Virus record (IMG/VR): IMGVR_UViG_3300044980_000021
Span: 1-45,983 of that record
Direction: 5' to 3' (one strand)
Length of the DNA stretch: 45,983 nt
Origin: a virus
Below, one piece after another: positions 1 to 9,182 of the stretch. The position numbers and the translations under genes were made by a program. Below the pieces are notes generated by a model. It did not search any database. It worked only from the letters and a program-made list of their open reading frames with translations, and had not been told where the DNA came from. The number at the start of each line of letters is the position of its first letter. The stretch's first letter is position 1.

Positions 1-127
1 CGGCGTTAACGAGGTACTCCAGCGCCGCTTCTTTCGTGCCTTTGAATTTACGGTTGTACTGCATTATCGCCTCGCAATCAGGGTCGCGGTCAGGTGCAAC
101 GCTGCCATCTGAGGCGCTGTCTGGGTA
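1..127. repeat. Terminal direct repeat copy 1 (identical to 45857..45983); circular-assembly overlap
   Basis: Bases 1-127 equal bases 45857-45983 base for base. ORFs are continuous across the join. Unique length is 45,856 bp. Confidence 0.95.
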
Positions 128-579
128 GGCAGAGCAGGCTTAACCAGTGAAGCGGTCAACGTAGGCGCTCCCAGCGTAGGCGCAAGCGGGCTTGCCGGAA
201 CAACCTGTGCCGTAGTCTCGTTCGATGGGCCGCTGGTTCCGGGGTTAGCTCCCGTCTGCACGGTATTGACCACGTAATAGGCAGTCAGGCCCGCTGCGGT
301 GGAGTCGGTGTAGGACGTACCGATAGCCGGTGACGCCTGGTTAAGCTGCGTCCATGCCGCGCTGTTCGACGTTACGCAAGTCGCTGCGGAGCCAGCGCAA
401 CGGCTGACGACATAAGAGCATGGCGAGGCCGAGACGCATCCAACCCAGGTGCTGCCCGATGCGGGTACTGGAGCAACCCAGGTCAGATTGACGACATAGC
501 TTGTGGGCGTTGGGAGCTGCGCTTTGCAGCCTGCGGAAATCAGCAGCAGAACGGGGAGAAGGAAGGCGATGCGTTTCAT
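64..579 (-). CDS. Secreted FN3-like protein with N-terminal signal peptide (possible lipoprotein), 171 aa
   Basis: Start trimmed from 705 to ATG 579 (MKRIAFLLPVLLLISAGC...), preceded by AAGGAG. Hydrophobic h-region is followed by Cys18. The LTWVAP...YVVSR...GTSYTDST...AYYVV pattern is typical of fibronectin type III domains. Its stop overlaps (TAATG) the ATG of the 45687..45920 gene across the join. Confidence 0.75.
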   Translation of the reverse strand: MKRIAFLLPVLLLISAGCKAQLPTPTSYVVNLTWVAPVPASGSTWVGCVSASPCSYVVSRCAGSAATCVTSNSAAWTQLNQASPAIGTSYTDSTAAGLTAYYVVNTVQTGANPGTSGPSNETTAQVVPASPLAPTLGAPTLTASLVKPALPTQTAPQMAALHLTATLIARR

Positions 580-587
580 GGTGCTCC

Positions 588-1004
588 TTACGGGAGGGTT
601 TCTGGCTTTACATCTTGCGCGATATTCGCTGCGGCGCCGGAAGTCGAGTCTGAGCGTTTGTACGTGAGAATGATCGTAGCCACTCCGAAGATAGCCGTGG
701 CCCATTTGGGGTGATCTGAGAGAGCGCCGACGATAAGGCTGCGAACCTGTTGATTGCCGACGATGAGTCCAGCCGCACTGACTATCAGAACCGCGATGCT
801 GTGAGAACTAAAGTTGTGGTCTTTTAGCCACGCAACGATAGGATTGGTGCTGCTCGGAACCTTGATGATGGCAGGCTGCGTAGCTACTGGAACACTGTTT
901 GTAAAGGTAGGCGGTATAAATTGCACCTCGGCGGGCTGCGGAGGAGGGTTAGGCGGATTCTTGCCGGGCTGAGGAATAGGATTTGGCCCCGAAGGTGTGC
1001 TCAT
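588..1004 (-). CDS. Membrane protein with Pro-rich N-terminus and two predicted TM helices (holin-like candidate), 138 aa
   Basis: ATGA overlap with the upstream gene. Contains a PNPIPQPGKNPPNPPPQP tract and hydrophobic stretches SIAVLIVSAAGLIVG and WATAIFGVATIILTY. Confidence 0.7.
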   Translation of the reverse strand: MSTPSGPNPIPQPGKNPPNPPPQPAEVQFIPPTFTNSVPVATQPAIIKVPSSTNPIVAWLKDHNFSSHSIAVLIVSAAGLIVGNQQVRSLIVGALSDHPKWATAIFGVATIILTYKRSDSTSGAAANIAQDVKPETLP

Positions 1005-1393
1005 CTTGTCACTCCATAATCAGGAACTTGAGAGTCTTGTGCGTCCTGCTGCATGTACTGGCGGCCAAACAGATCGTGTGGAATCAACTCAGCGTGCTTG
1101 GCGTAGTAAACCGTCACCATTATACCCGCGATTGTTGCCACCAAAGCAGCAAAAGCGATGAGGGCCATCATGATATTCAACTTGAATGAGTTCTCCCTGT
1201 GGCGGTCCTCGTTTACTTTTTCTCTCTCTTTTTCGATGACTTTAATATTGGACATAAAAGTTCGCACCTCTTCTAAGATAGGCCGCGAGGTCGTGTCAAT
1301 GTAAACCTGATGGTAGTTGACACGTTGCTCGATGCCATCCACTCTGCCTGCAAGTTGAGTCAATTCGATATGCACGTTTCCGCCTTCGGCCAT
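1001..1393 (-). CDS. Coiled-coil protein with single TM helix, 130 aa
   Basis: GAGGA SD upstream of ATG 1393. Charged helical N-half (IKVIEKEREKVNEDRHRE), then TM segment IMMALIAFAALVATIAGIMVTVYY. Confidence 0.7.
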   Translation of the reverse strand: MAEGGNVHIELTQLAGRVDGIEQRVNYHQVYIDTTSRPILEEVRTFMSNIKVIEKEREKVNEDRHRENSFKLNIMMALIAFAALVATIAGIMVTVYYAKHAELIPHDLFGRQYMQQDAQDSQVPDYGVTR

Positions 1394-1462
1394 CAGTCTG
1401 TCCTCTACTTAGATGCTCTCTACAGCCTGTTCCGAACGCAACGTTACCAAGGTCCAATAGAA

Positions 1463-4400
1463 TCAATACAGTCCATTTTGCGAATAAATGTACCAGCCGT
1501 TTGTTTCGAGGTGAACCGCTGTCGACGCCGCAGCCACATTCCACATGGCTGGAGATAAGGTTGTCGTTGAAGCCGGTAGCGTCGTGCTCACCGTAGCGCT
1601 TGTCGTTCCCACAGTGCAGACCGCCGAACTAGGCCCGATATTGATGTTCCAAGTGGTAAAAGTCGTAACAGGAATAACGGTACCAATTGGAGTTACGGTC
1701 TGCGAGGTTCCGTTGCTTGAAACACACTGATATTCCGCGTCTGCCGCAGTGTTTGAGTAGCGGATCATCACATACGCGCAAGCCGGGTTATCGCTGGCTT
1801 CCTGAGTAGCCGCAGTGCAGTTTGTAAGGCCGAACCAGATGCGCGATGAGGTTCCTGAGGCGAAGTCACTGCTGGCGTTGTAACCTATTCCTCCCTGCAT
1901 GACGGGCTGACGGTTCATATAGGAATTGGCAGCGGTTCCCATCCATCCCGCGCAGTTGCCAGCCGTAGCTGTCGATGTCGAAAATGCGACAGAAGGAGTA
2001 GCGGCTCCAGACCCGGTAGGAACATAGGTAGCAGAGGTGCAAGGATTAAATGCTCCTCCTAGCCCATTAAGAAGCCCTGTGGCGGCGGTGCCACCGACCA
2101 TGGCAACCTCTACGCACCCATTGAGGAAGTTGCAACTTCCGGTGACACTCAAAGCATTTGTGACGATGGAGTGAACTGTAGCTGTATTTGCAACTTTCGT
2201 GCTGTTGTCGCTGCTGGCAAGCGTTACAGACGTGCTTCCACTCGCAAGAGGAATAGGGCTACTGAAGTTCGGAACAAGAGATACGGTGCTGATCGACTCA
2301 TTACCCAAAACACCATTGAAATAGAAGACTTCGATTAGGTCTCCCGTGGGAACTGCGGAGGTATTGACGTTGCAGGCATCCGCAGACCCAAACTGACCGT
2401 GGTAAGCGAAGGTGTTTGCCGCAGTCACGGTGTAGTTGCAGGTCTGAATCGTAGTCGATGCCGTCGCATCACGAACAGTGAAAGATATGGTTCCGGTGGC
2501 AGATGTCTGCAACCCTACAACAAGATTCATGCTTGTCGTCAACGGAACCCTGTATCCAGGTCCAGCCAAAAACGGCTGTCCTTTTGCGATGAGAACTACC
2601 TGTCCGCTTGAGGTGGATGGGGAAAATAGATATCCACTTCCTTGCGGACTGCCATCTCCGGGGGTACTCAGCGCGAAAGTGACAGAGCCAGCTCCAGAGC
2701 CGCCTAGTGAAACTGTTGCGTAATCTAAAATCAATCCACAAAACGAAGTGAATGGGGTAGCGGTATATCCACTGAGAAATTCACCGTCGAACATCCCCGG
2801 CTGGCATCTGGCCTGATTGATAACCTCTGGGCTGGCGAGGCTGTTTGAGGGCGTAGCCTGCACATAATTGCCTACTCCGGTGTCGTTTACCATTGATGCA
2901 AGGGTGCTGTTTCCTGTTGATATCACTAGATCAAGAAAGGTATTTGCTGCCCCTGAAAGTTGTATAGGGGCAACTGCCGCCGTGCCTCCAGCCAAGCTTC
3001 CCATCTCCACGTCAGTCACAAAACTATTGCCGGCAGTCCACTGAATCTGCGGTCCGTTACACTGCATCAACGATGCCGCGTTAATAGTCCACTGCGTTCC
3101 CGCCCAGTAAGTTCCTGTACCGGAATTTCCGAAGGTTGAACCACCGTAGCATTCCCAATATAAGTGCGTTACGGTTGACGTGCCCGTTTTATTCTCTGGG
3201 CCATTGAACATCATGGCTCCGTAAGAAAAGGTCTGTCCGCCACCGTACAGGTTTACGCCGTCATATAGGCTGTGATTTCCCGCGATCTGAATCAAAGGGA
3301 ATCGGTTGCTCAGAGACATCGCAAACATGGTCCGCGTATCGGGAGTCCATGTGATATTGTTCGCGCTGGTAGGAATGGCATCCACGATTCCGTAATAAGT
3401 GAACTGCGAACTGATGTGCTCGAACTTCGCGTAATAAGGAGGCTGCTGGAAGAACATTGAGCAGGTATAGTTGGTTTCCTGTTGATTAGGGATGCTCGGA
3501 GTCAGAAAGAACAGGTCTTCAAACTGCATTTGAACACCGCCAACATTTGCTCCACTAGATGCTGGGAATACTACTCCACAGTTTCCTATAGGCCAGCCAG
3601 TCGAACCGGGGATGATGCCCGTAAGCACTCCCCCATTCAGAAACCCAAAGCTGCCGGATTGGTTCGTTCCTGCGGTGCCTCCGGTTACGGTCGCCGTAGT
3701 CGAGTTAACAATCGTAAATGAGGCATTGGTCAGGCCGAGACCTGAAGATGTAATCGCCAACTGCGCTGCGACGTTGGGAGCATAATTTGTCGGGAAATTA
3801 CAATGCGGGCAAGTCAGGGTAGTTCCTGAAAGCGTGGCATCATCAAAGACCACCGGGCCTGCCGCAACTGCCGGTGAAACGGCGGTGATTCCACCACTTC
3901 CATTTGCAGCGACTCCAGCAACACGATTTGCAGTGGTAACAAACCCCGGAGACCCTCCTACCACATACGGATTCCAGATTTGCCCCGCTCCGAAAGTGCT
4001 TGAAGACACGTCCTCGCTGCCGTCAACCTGAACTTTGAATCCCCGCCACGTCTGATAGCCGTTGTTTACTCTGATTCCATCCGGCCATTGGAATACGTCC
4101 TGCCCTGGAAGTCCAGCGATGGTAGTGACCATGGAGCCTTGTCCCATGATAGATACAGGGTTTGCTACGGTTCCACCGGCGCTGAGGTCGATAGTTCCCG
4201 TCAAGCATGCAAGCCCCTTATTGGAAGGAAACAGCAATACGGCATTGGCCGAGGCGGCAGCGTTGTATGCGGATTGGATTGCCGCTGTATCGATGGTTCC
4301 AATTTCAAATTGCCCCGTTACCGCAGTGGTAGCCGCATTCGCTAAAGTGGCCTGCGTACCTCCGCTCTGGACAGATACGACAGTCGTAATAAGCGGGCCC

Positions 4401-4972
4401 GGCGCTCCGTTGGCTCGCAAGGCTCCTGCTGCCCAGACAATCGCCGTACGTCCTACCATCGCAAAAGTGAATCCTGATCCGATGAGAGTTGTGGAATTGG
4501 CTGCAATGGTTCCTGTGGGAAAAACCTGCATATTACACTGCGCGTTGTAGGGAGGTGCCATCACGTTGATTTGGTTGTTTACGGATGCGGTGACTGAAGT
4601 AATGGTAATGGAGGCGCTTGCAGAAAACTGCACATCAGACGCAGAAATGACGTTTTGATCGGTATATGTCAGAAGTCCGGTGTATGGGCTGTTATAGGTT
4701 ACCGTGACGCATCCTTGCGCGGCATAAGCTACTGCATGGCCGAATCCGTCCGTGAGAAGCGGCTGATTGAGAGTCGTTCCGTTGGCTGTCGAATAAAGTT
4801 GCGCTAAAGTTCCCGTTTGAGCTGTTCCGCAAGCTGCCTGAGCATAGACAAAAATCTGCGCGCCTGGCACAGCTTGCCCCTGAGCCGTTTGCAGGCTGAA
4901 GTCAATGCGTCCATAGGTGTTCTGCGCGGCCAATGGTGCGGCAAATAGCAGCAATGCGAGAATCTTTTTCAT
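1463..4972 (-). CDS. Tailspike/tail-fibre-like protein with pectate-lyase-type beta-helix region and Sec-type signal-like N-terminus, 1169 aa
   Basis: N-terminus MKKILALLLFAAPLAAQ. The DTAAIQSAYNAAASANAVLLFPSNKG...IMGQG motif resembles Pectate_lyase_3 / tailspike depolymerase entry motifs. The rest is long, Gly/Ser/Thr/Asn-rich beta-type sequence. GAGGA SD. Confidence 0.7.
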   Translation of the reverse strand: MKKILALLLFAAPLAAQNTYGRIDFSLQTAQGQAVPGAQIFVYAQAACGTAQTGTLAQLYSTANGTTLNQPLLTDGFGHAVAYAAQGCVTVTYNSPYTGLLTYTDQNVISASDVQFSASASITITSVTASVNNQINVMAPPYNAQCNMQVFPTGTIAANSTTLIGSGFTFAMVGRTAIVWAAGALRANGAPGPLITTVVSVQSGGTQATLANAATTAVTGQFEIGTIDTAAIQSAYNAAASANAVLLFPSNKGLACLTGTIDLSAGGTVANPVSIMGQGSMVTTIAGLPGQDVFQWPDGIRVNNGYQTWRGFKVQVDGSEDVSSSTFGAGQIWNPYVVGGSPGFVTTANRVAGVAANGSGGITAVSPAVAAGPVVFDDATLSGTTLTCPHCNFPTNYAPNVAAQLAITSSGLGLTNASFTIVNSTTATVTGGTAGTNQSGSFGFLNGGVLTGIIPGSTGWPIGNCGVVFPASSGANVGGVQMQFEDLFFLTPSIPNQQETNYTCSMFFQQPPYYAKFEHISSQFTYYGIVDAIPTSANNITWTPDTRTMFAMSLSNRFPLIQIAGNHSLYDGVNLYGGGQTFSYGAMMFNGPENKTGTSTVTHLYWECYGGSTFGNSGTGTYWAGTQWTINAASLMQCNGPQIQWTAGNSFVTDVEMGSLAGGTAAVAPIQLSGAANTFLDLVISTGNSTLASMVNDTGVGNYVQATPSNSLASPEVINQARCQPGMFDGEFLSGYTATPFTSFCGLILDYATVSLGGSGAGSVTFALSTPGDGSPQGSGYLFSPSTSSGQVVLIAKGQPFLAGPGYRVPLTTSMNLVVGLQTSATGTISFTVRDATASTTIQTCNYTVTAANTFAYHGQFGSADACNVNTSAVPTGDLIEVFYFNGVLGNESISTVSLVPNFSSPIPLASGSTSVTLASSDNSTKVANTATVHSIVTNALSVTGSCNFLNGCVEVAMVGGTAATGLLNGLGGAFNPCTSATYVPTGSGAATPSVAFSTSTATAGNCAGWMGTAANSYMNRQPVMQGGIGYNASSDFASGTSSRIWFGLTNCTAATQEASDNPACAYVMIRYSNTAADAEYQCVSSNGTSQTVTPIGTVIPVTTFTTWNINIGPSSAVCTVGTTSATVSTTLPASTTTLSPAMWNVAAASTAVHLETNGWYIYSQNGLY

Positions 4973-4980
4973 TATTCCTC

Positions 4981-5769
4981 TTATGAGAATAAGTTGACGA
5001 TTAGTCCGGTAGTTCCATCTCCTCCGGTCATGGAAAGCACCTTGGCCCTCAGGAACTTGCCCATGATAAAGCTGTATTCCGCAGCGTTCTGGGTAACTGC
5101 ACTCGCTACAATTGTCGCAAGCGCATCGCTCTGCGCTACAGACCCGGAAGTGCTACATCCGAAGTTGTTCTGAAGAGTGTAATAACGCGCATCCTGATCG
5201 ACGTTGGCAGCCTGCAATACAACCGTCGCTGCAGTCGGAGTAGTACCGCTCCACACTGCCTCGCAGAACACGCACCGGGCGTTATCGCTGTCGTCAGGAG
5301 TAAAAGTTTGAGCCACTGGAATAGATGCTGTCCCTGCAGAGACCAGATCGGGATATTCTGCCGGCCAGACTACGAGAGTTCCAGAATCGGCGGTGACTGT
5401 TAGCGTAGTAGCATTGGCATACGAAATAGTGCCCGCTCCGCTTGAATTCAGCGAAACCGCCGTTACGGTGCCGGGGTCCGTATTAAATCCAGAATTCGAA
5501 AGTCCCTGTACGCCCATGACAGCGCCAACAACAGGTATGGGATTCGGAAGCAATGCAGAAGCAGAGCCGCCGACGCCTCCTCCACCGGAAATTAGTTGCA
5601 CCGTAGCCGTAGCCGTTGTTCCTGTGCCGACAATCTGCGTAATCTTGAACCGGAAGGGCTCTGTGTGCTGATCCTGTCGGCCAAAAAGGTAAACCGGCGT
5701 TACCCCAGTCTGCATACGCAGAGTTTCCTTGTATGGAGGACCAAAAGCGGTTTTGTTATAAATGCCCAT
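4981..5769 (-). CDS. Virion-associated protein, unknown function, 262 aa
   Basis: Uninterrupted ORF in the late operon between the ejection-protein genes and the tailspike-like gene. No motif recognised. Confidence 0.65.
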   Translation of the reverse strand: MGIYNKTAFGPPYKETLRMQTGVTPVYLFGRQDQHTEPFRFKITQIVGTGTTATATVQLISGGGGVGGSASALLPNPIPVVGAVMGVQGLSNSGFNTDPGTVTAVSLNSSGAGTISYANATTLTVTADSGTLVVWPAEYPDLVSAGTASIPVAQTFTPDDSDNARCVFCEAVWSGTTPTAATVVLQAANVDQDARYYTLQNNFGCSTSGSVAQSDALATIVASAVTQNAAEYSFIMGKFLRAKVLSMTGGDGTTGLIVNLFS

Positions 5770-5779
5770 GTCGATTCTC

Positions 5780-7309
5780 CTATTGATTGTCTCTGGCTTG
5801 CTTCAATGCTGTTTTGCGAACTTTTCCCTGCTCGCGTAAATTCTGCACTCTGGCTGCTTCCTGCGCTTCTGCATCGCGTGCTGCATTTTGCGCAGCGGAC
5901 AGATCCATAAACCTCTGAGTTCTGGCCTTCACTCCGGGCGATTGCATCGCGCCTTCAATATCTGGAACTATCGTCTGCAGTGCTGGCTGTCCAACCGATT
6001 GTATCCCGTTCCATAATGGAGCACGCTGCGGAACAGCCTCCGCTGCGACAGGAGGATTCAACGTTGGGAGCGGTTGAGCCTGTCCAGGGAAATTCCTGAT
6101 TGCGCGCTGGAATTGCCGGTCCGCTATCGCCGTTGGTCCGCCACGTACCATATCCAGCAATTTCGATGGCATCTGTGAAAGATGTAACGGTCCTTGTTCG
6201 GCCCTTCCTTCACTCTGCATTCTTGAGGTTACAGCAGCGTTCGTATCGTTCGCTAGTTCATATCCACGTCCTACGCGCTGGCGAAGATTGACAATATCAT
6301 CCGGCCGTAGACCAGTCGCCTGCGCAAGGTTTTGATGAAGAATATCCCGTAATTTCGATGCTTCCGCCTGCAAATCCTGCTTGCTGGCGAGTGCGCGCCT
6401 CGCATCGTCAGAGTTAAGGGCAGGCTTATCGAGTTGCTTGTTGATTTCTACCACGCGCTTGTCGATATCGCTCAAAGTAGCATAGGTATCAGGACTCTCC
6501 CCTTTGCGCTCACCGAATCCGGTTCCTGTCGTCTTCACCGTCCTATCATTCGGTTTGAGAATCTGGTTTTCGTAGAAATCTCTCGCCTCTTGTGCGCTTC
6601 CTTCTGCAGCCTTTGAAAACTCCAACTGAGTCCGCAGATTGTTCCCGGTTCGTTTCGCATAATCGAGCACATTGGGAACCTCATGCGGAGCTGCCTGGAT
6701 GAAATTCGAAGCATCTTTTGTTGCTGGCAAAATGGCTTGACTGAGTTTACGAGAAGCCATTTCTACTGGAGGAACAATATCGGCAGACGGCATAGGACGA
6801 AGATTGCGCAATCCATTCCCCGCCGCTTCCGCCGTACGCCCCACAAGAGGCCCAGCAGCTTCTCCAAGCGCGGCTCCTCCCATAAGATTGCCGAGTTGAT
6901 GCGGGAGTGCCTTTTCAGCGCCATTCTGAACGAAATCTTCTACCGCTGGCCGCGCCATCTCCCCCGCCACTCCCCACGGTGTACCTTGTCCGCGGCTAAT
7001 GGTTTCTCCAATCCCCTTTATAGTTTGGATTGGATGCATGAAAGGTGCCCCAATACCCTCTACGATGCCCGCTCCAACGCGGCCAGCAAAACGCCCCACA
7101 GGGCCGACACCTTGCTCGTCTTCTGGAGTGACAGTAGTAAACCTATCAAATCCTTTTTGAATAGCGTTACGAGTATCGGTAGGTGCTGCTGCTCCCGATT
7201 GCCAGAGCTTCCAATCCTGATTGCCAGCGGGCACAGATCCGCTTGACGCCTGCGGCTTGAAGTTCTTCGCCGCCTCTACCCAAGGATCGGTTTGCTGTTG
7301 CTGCTCCAC
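5780..7309 (-). CDS. Internal virion / ejection protein candidate, 509 aa
   Basis: GTG start shares one base with the upstream TAG. Gln/Ala/Arg-rich helical sequence. Third of three consecutive such genes, as in podovirus ejection-protein sets (positional inference). Confidence 0.6.
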   Translation of the reverse strand: MEQQQQTDPWVEAAKNFKPQASSGSVPAGNQDWKLWQSGAAAPTDTRNAIQKGFDRFTTVTPEDEQGVGPVGRFAGRVGAGIVEGIGAPFMHPIQTIKGIGETISRGQGTPWGVAGEMARPAVEDFVQNGAEKALPHQLGNLMGGAALGEAAGPLVGRTAEAAGNGLRNLRPMPSADIVPPVEMASRKLSQAILPATKDASNFIQAAPHEVPNVLDYAKRTGNNLRTQLEFSKAAEGSAQEARDFYENQILKPNDRTVKTTGTGFGERKGESPDTYATLSDIDKRVVEINKQLDKPALNSDDARRALASKQDLQAEASKLRDILHQNLAQATGLRPDDIVNLRQRVGRGYELANDTNAAVTSRMQSEGRAEQGPLHLSQMPSKLLDMVRGGPTAIADRQFQRAIRNFPGQAQPLPTLNPPVAAEAVPQRAPLWNGIQSVGQPALQTIVPDIEGAMQSPGVKARTQRFMDLSAAQNAARDAEAQEAARVQNLREQGKVRKTALKQARDNQ

Positions 7310-8643
7310 TATTGCACCGTCCAGCCAGCCTGCTTGGCCAATTCTTTCGCTTTCGCGGGGTCTCCGTTTGCTTGTCCAAGGTAATAATTGATCGTCGCCT
7401 TACCTGGAATCCTGTCTGGGCCATCATCTTTTGCGCCCAGGTATTTAGCTGTCGAGCGTGCTTTCTGCGTGTCCTCCGCATATCTCTCGTGTCCAAGGTC
7501 TACCATCTGCCGCATCTGATTTGGAGAAAGTGTTACGCCTGCCAAGTACCCATTGTTGTCGAATTTTGCTTCCATACCCTGCAACCAGGGTTGAGATTGC
7601 TGCGCTTCGTGAATAATATCCTTCGTCATACGAGCGCCCTTTTGCAGACCCATCGTCATTCCGAGATGGTTTGCGAGAAGATTTAACATGGCCTGCTGAT
7701 CGTGATTCTTGATTGCCTTTTCGTAGGCATCTGTCATCACGTTCATGCGTTCTGCTGATTCTTGCGCCGGAGTGTACGCCTTCAACGTCTCTTGCCTTAC
7801 AGCAACGTCCTGCTTGCCTTCTTCGCGGTTTCCGGTATAAATGTTGGTCGCCTGTTGACCAAGCGTTTTTCTGTCCCTGTATGCCTTAGCAAAGGCATTT
7901 TCTTCAGGAGTAACCGGCTGGCCTTCAATGTGCTTGGCTACAATACCCTCGTACTTCTGGTCATCTTCCGCTGCCGTATCCGGCTTATCCTTGGAGGGTG
8001 GCTCATATCGCTTGATTCCAGTAGGAGCATTTGGAACAACGCGCATTTGCCCGGTGAGTTTGTTTTCCTGTATCGGCTCTCCATTCGGACCTACATATTC
8101 CTTGTTGATTTCCCACGCGCTTTTTTCTACCGGATTTTCTAATGATTGCGCGCGCGCATCTGCCTCGTTAGCCTGCGATCCTTCCAATGACCGCTTACTC
8201 GAGTCATTCAGCCGCGTTTCCGACGCCTGTTGTTCGGTGCGGTCCTGAGCCTGCAATCCGGCCAACTGCCGCGCACGGAAGTTATTCGCTTCAGGTCCGA
8301 TTCCAACCTGACCCAGAGAATGCGTAACAAGCTCAGTCGTACCGGGAGCGACAATATCCCCAGCTACCCGGCCCACGGTTCCCGCGATATGCCGAAGGTT
8401 CTGCCAGAATCCCTGCGGCTTCTGCTGTAAGGCCTGCTGTAACTGCTGCTCCTGCTGTTGCCGTGGACTGGTAATGATAGGCTTCAGCATCGGCGGCATA
8501 GACGGCTGCGGAGCAGTTCCTAATGACGGAAGCGGGCCTAGCGATGGAATTCCACTATCGGGAGCACGCAAGCCGCCCAGTTTAGGAGCAAGTTTGCCCT
8601 GCGTAGGGTCATCTGGAAGCGGCAATATGGGAGTGAGGTTCAA
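7309..8643 (-). CDS. Internal virion / ejection protein candidate, 444 aa
   Basis: The ORF-track start 8721 would overlap the upstream gene by 82 nt. TTG at 8643 overlaps the upstream TGA (TTGA) and has GGAGGAGG 6 nt upstream. Pro-rich N-region, then helical sequence. Confidence 0.6.
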   Translation of the reverse strand: MNLTPILPLPDDPTQGKLAPKLGGLRAPDSGIPSLGPLPSLGTAPQPSMPPMLKPIITSPRQQQEQQLQQALQQKPQGFWQNLRHIAGTVGRVAGDIVAPGTTELVTHSLGQVGIGPEANNFRARQLAGLQAQDRTEQQASETRLNDSSKRSLEGSQANEADARAQSLENPVEKSAWEINKEYVGPNGEPIQENKLTGQMRVVPNAPTGIKRYEPPSKDKPDTAAEDDQKYEGIVAKHIEGQPVTPEENAFAKAYRDRKTLGQQATNIYTGNREEGKQDVAVRQETLKAYTPAQESAERMNVMTDAYEKAIKNHDQQAMLNLLANHLGMTMGLQKGARMTKDIIHEAQQSQPWLQGMEAKFDNNGYLAGVTLSPNQMRQMVDLGHERYAEDTQKARSTAKYLGAKDDGPDRIPGKATINYYLGQANGDPAKAKELAKQAGWTVQ

Positions 8644-9182
8644 CCCTGACCTCCTCCGTTCATCTTCGCCGCGGCTAGCCTGGTAGCGTCCTGACCAATA
8701 GACAAAATACCACTCAACCACGGAGGCATCTGATTCGCCGTCTGCAAGTCCTTAGCCTGCACCTCACCCTCTCCAGTCTGCGCGTTGGCAGCCATGCCGT
8801 AGAGCCTGGAAAGGTCGCCGGAAGCGGTGTTCTGCTGATTAAGTTTCACATCGGCATTGTTGGCTGCAATCTTCTCGCCAACCATCGCATTTCCCTTATC
8901 GGCAGATCGCGCGGCGGCGTCTAAGGCCCCAGAGAATCCCATCGGATTACGGGTATCCATACCCATTTTCCCTGCTGCTCCGGTAAGACCTGCGGTAGCG
9001 CCTCCGGTTCCTGCAAGCCCCTGAGTGATTTGCGCACCGATATCGCGCTGGCTCATGCCGGTGGGGTTGGTCATCTGGCGAGTCAAAAAGGGGATTACAT
9101 TCGATCCGATGCCGCCAGCCGTAGCGCCATAAGCGCCAGCCGCGGAGCCCGCTGTATTGGCTGCTGCCTGCGAGTCTCTCAT
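8640..9182 (-). CDS. Gly/Ala-rich internal virion protein candidate, 180 aa
   Basis: ATGA overlap with the upstream HNH gene stop. AAANTAGSAAGAYGATAGGIG-type low-complexity N-terminus. First of the three-gene ejection-protein-like set. Confidence 0.6.
   Translation of the reverse strand: MRDSQAAANTAGSAAGAYGATAGGIGSNVIPFLTRQMTNPTGMSQRDIGAQITQGLAGTGGATAGLTGAAGKMGMDTRNPMGFSGALDAAARSADKGNAMVGEKIAANNADVKLNQQNTASGDLSRLYGMAANAQTGEGEVQAKDLQTANQMPPWLSGILSIGQDATRLAAAKMNGGGQG

Noticed and set aside
6683-7246. 187-aa plus-strand ORF inside the 509-aa ejection-protein gene, and similar antisense ORFs at 4062..4550, 7312..7686, 7762..8142, 37185..37700 and 33557..34000
   Set aside because: All lie wholly inside longer, operon-consistent genes on the other strand. 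They have Arg/Ser/Cys-rich composition and lack SD sequences.
8644-8721. N-terminal extensions implied by the ORF-track starts (for example 8721, 27966, 705, 9709, 38922, 34132, 31816, 33002, 42186)
   Set aside because: Each extension overlaps the preceding gene by tens to hundreds of nt. In every case a downstream start has an SD and/or an ATGA-type overlap with the upstream stop.
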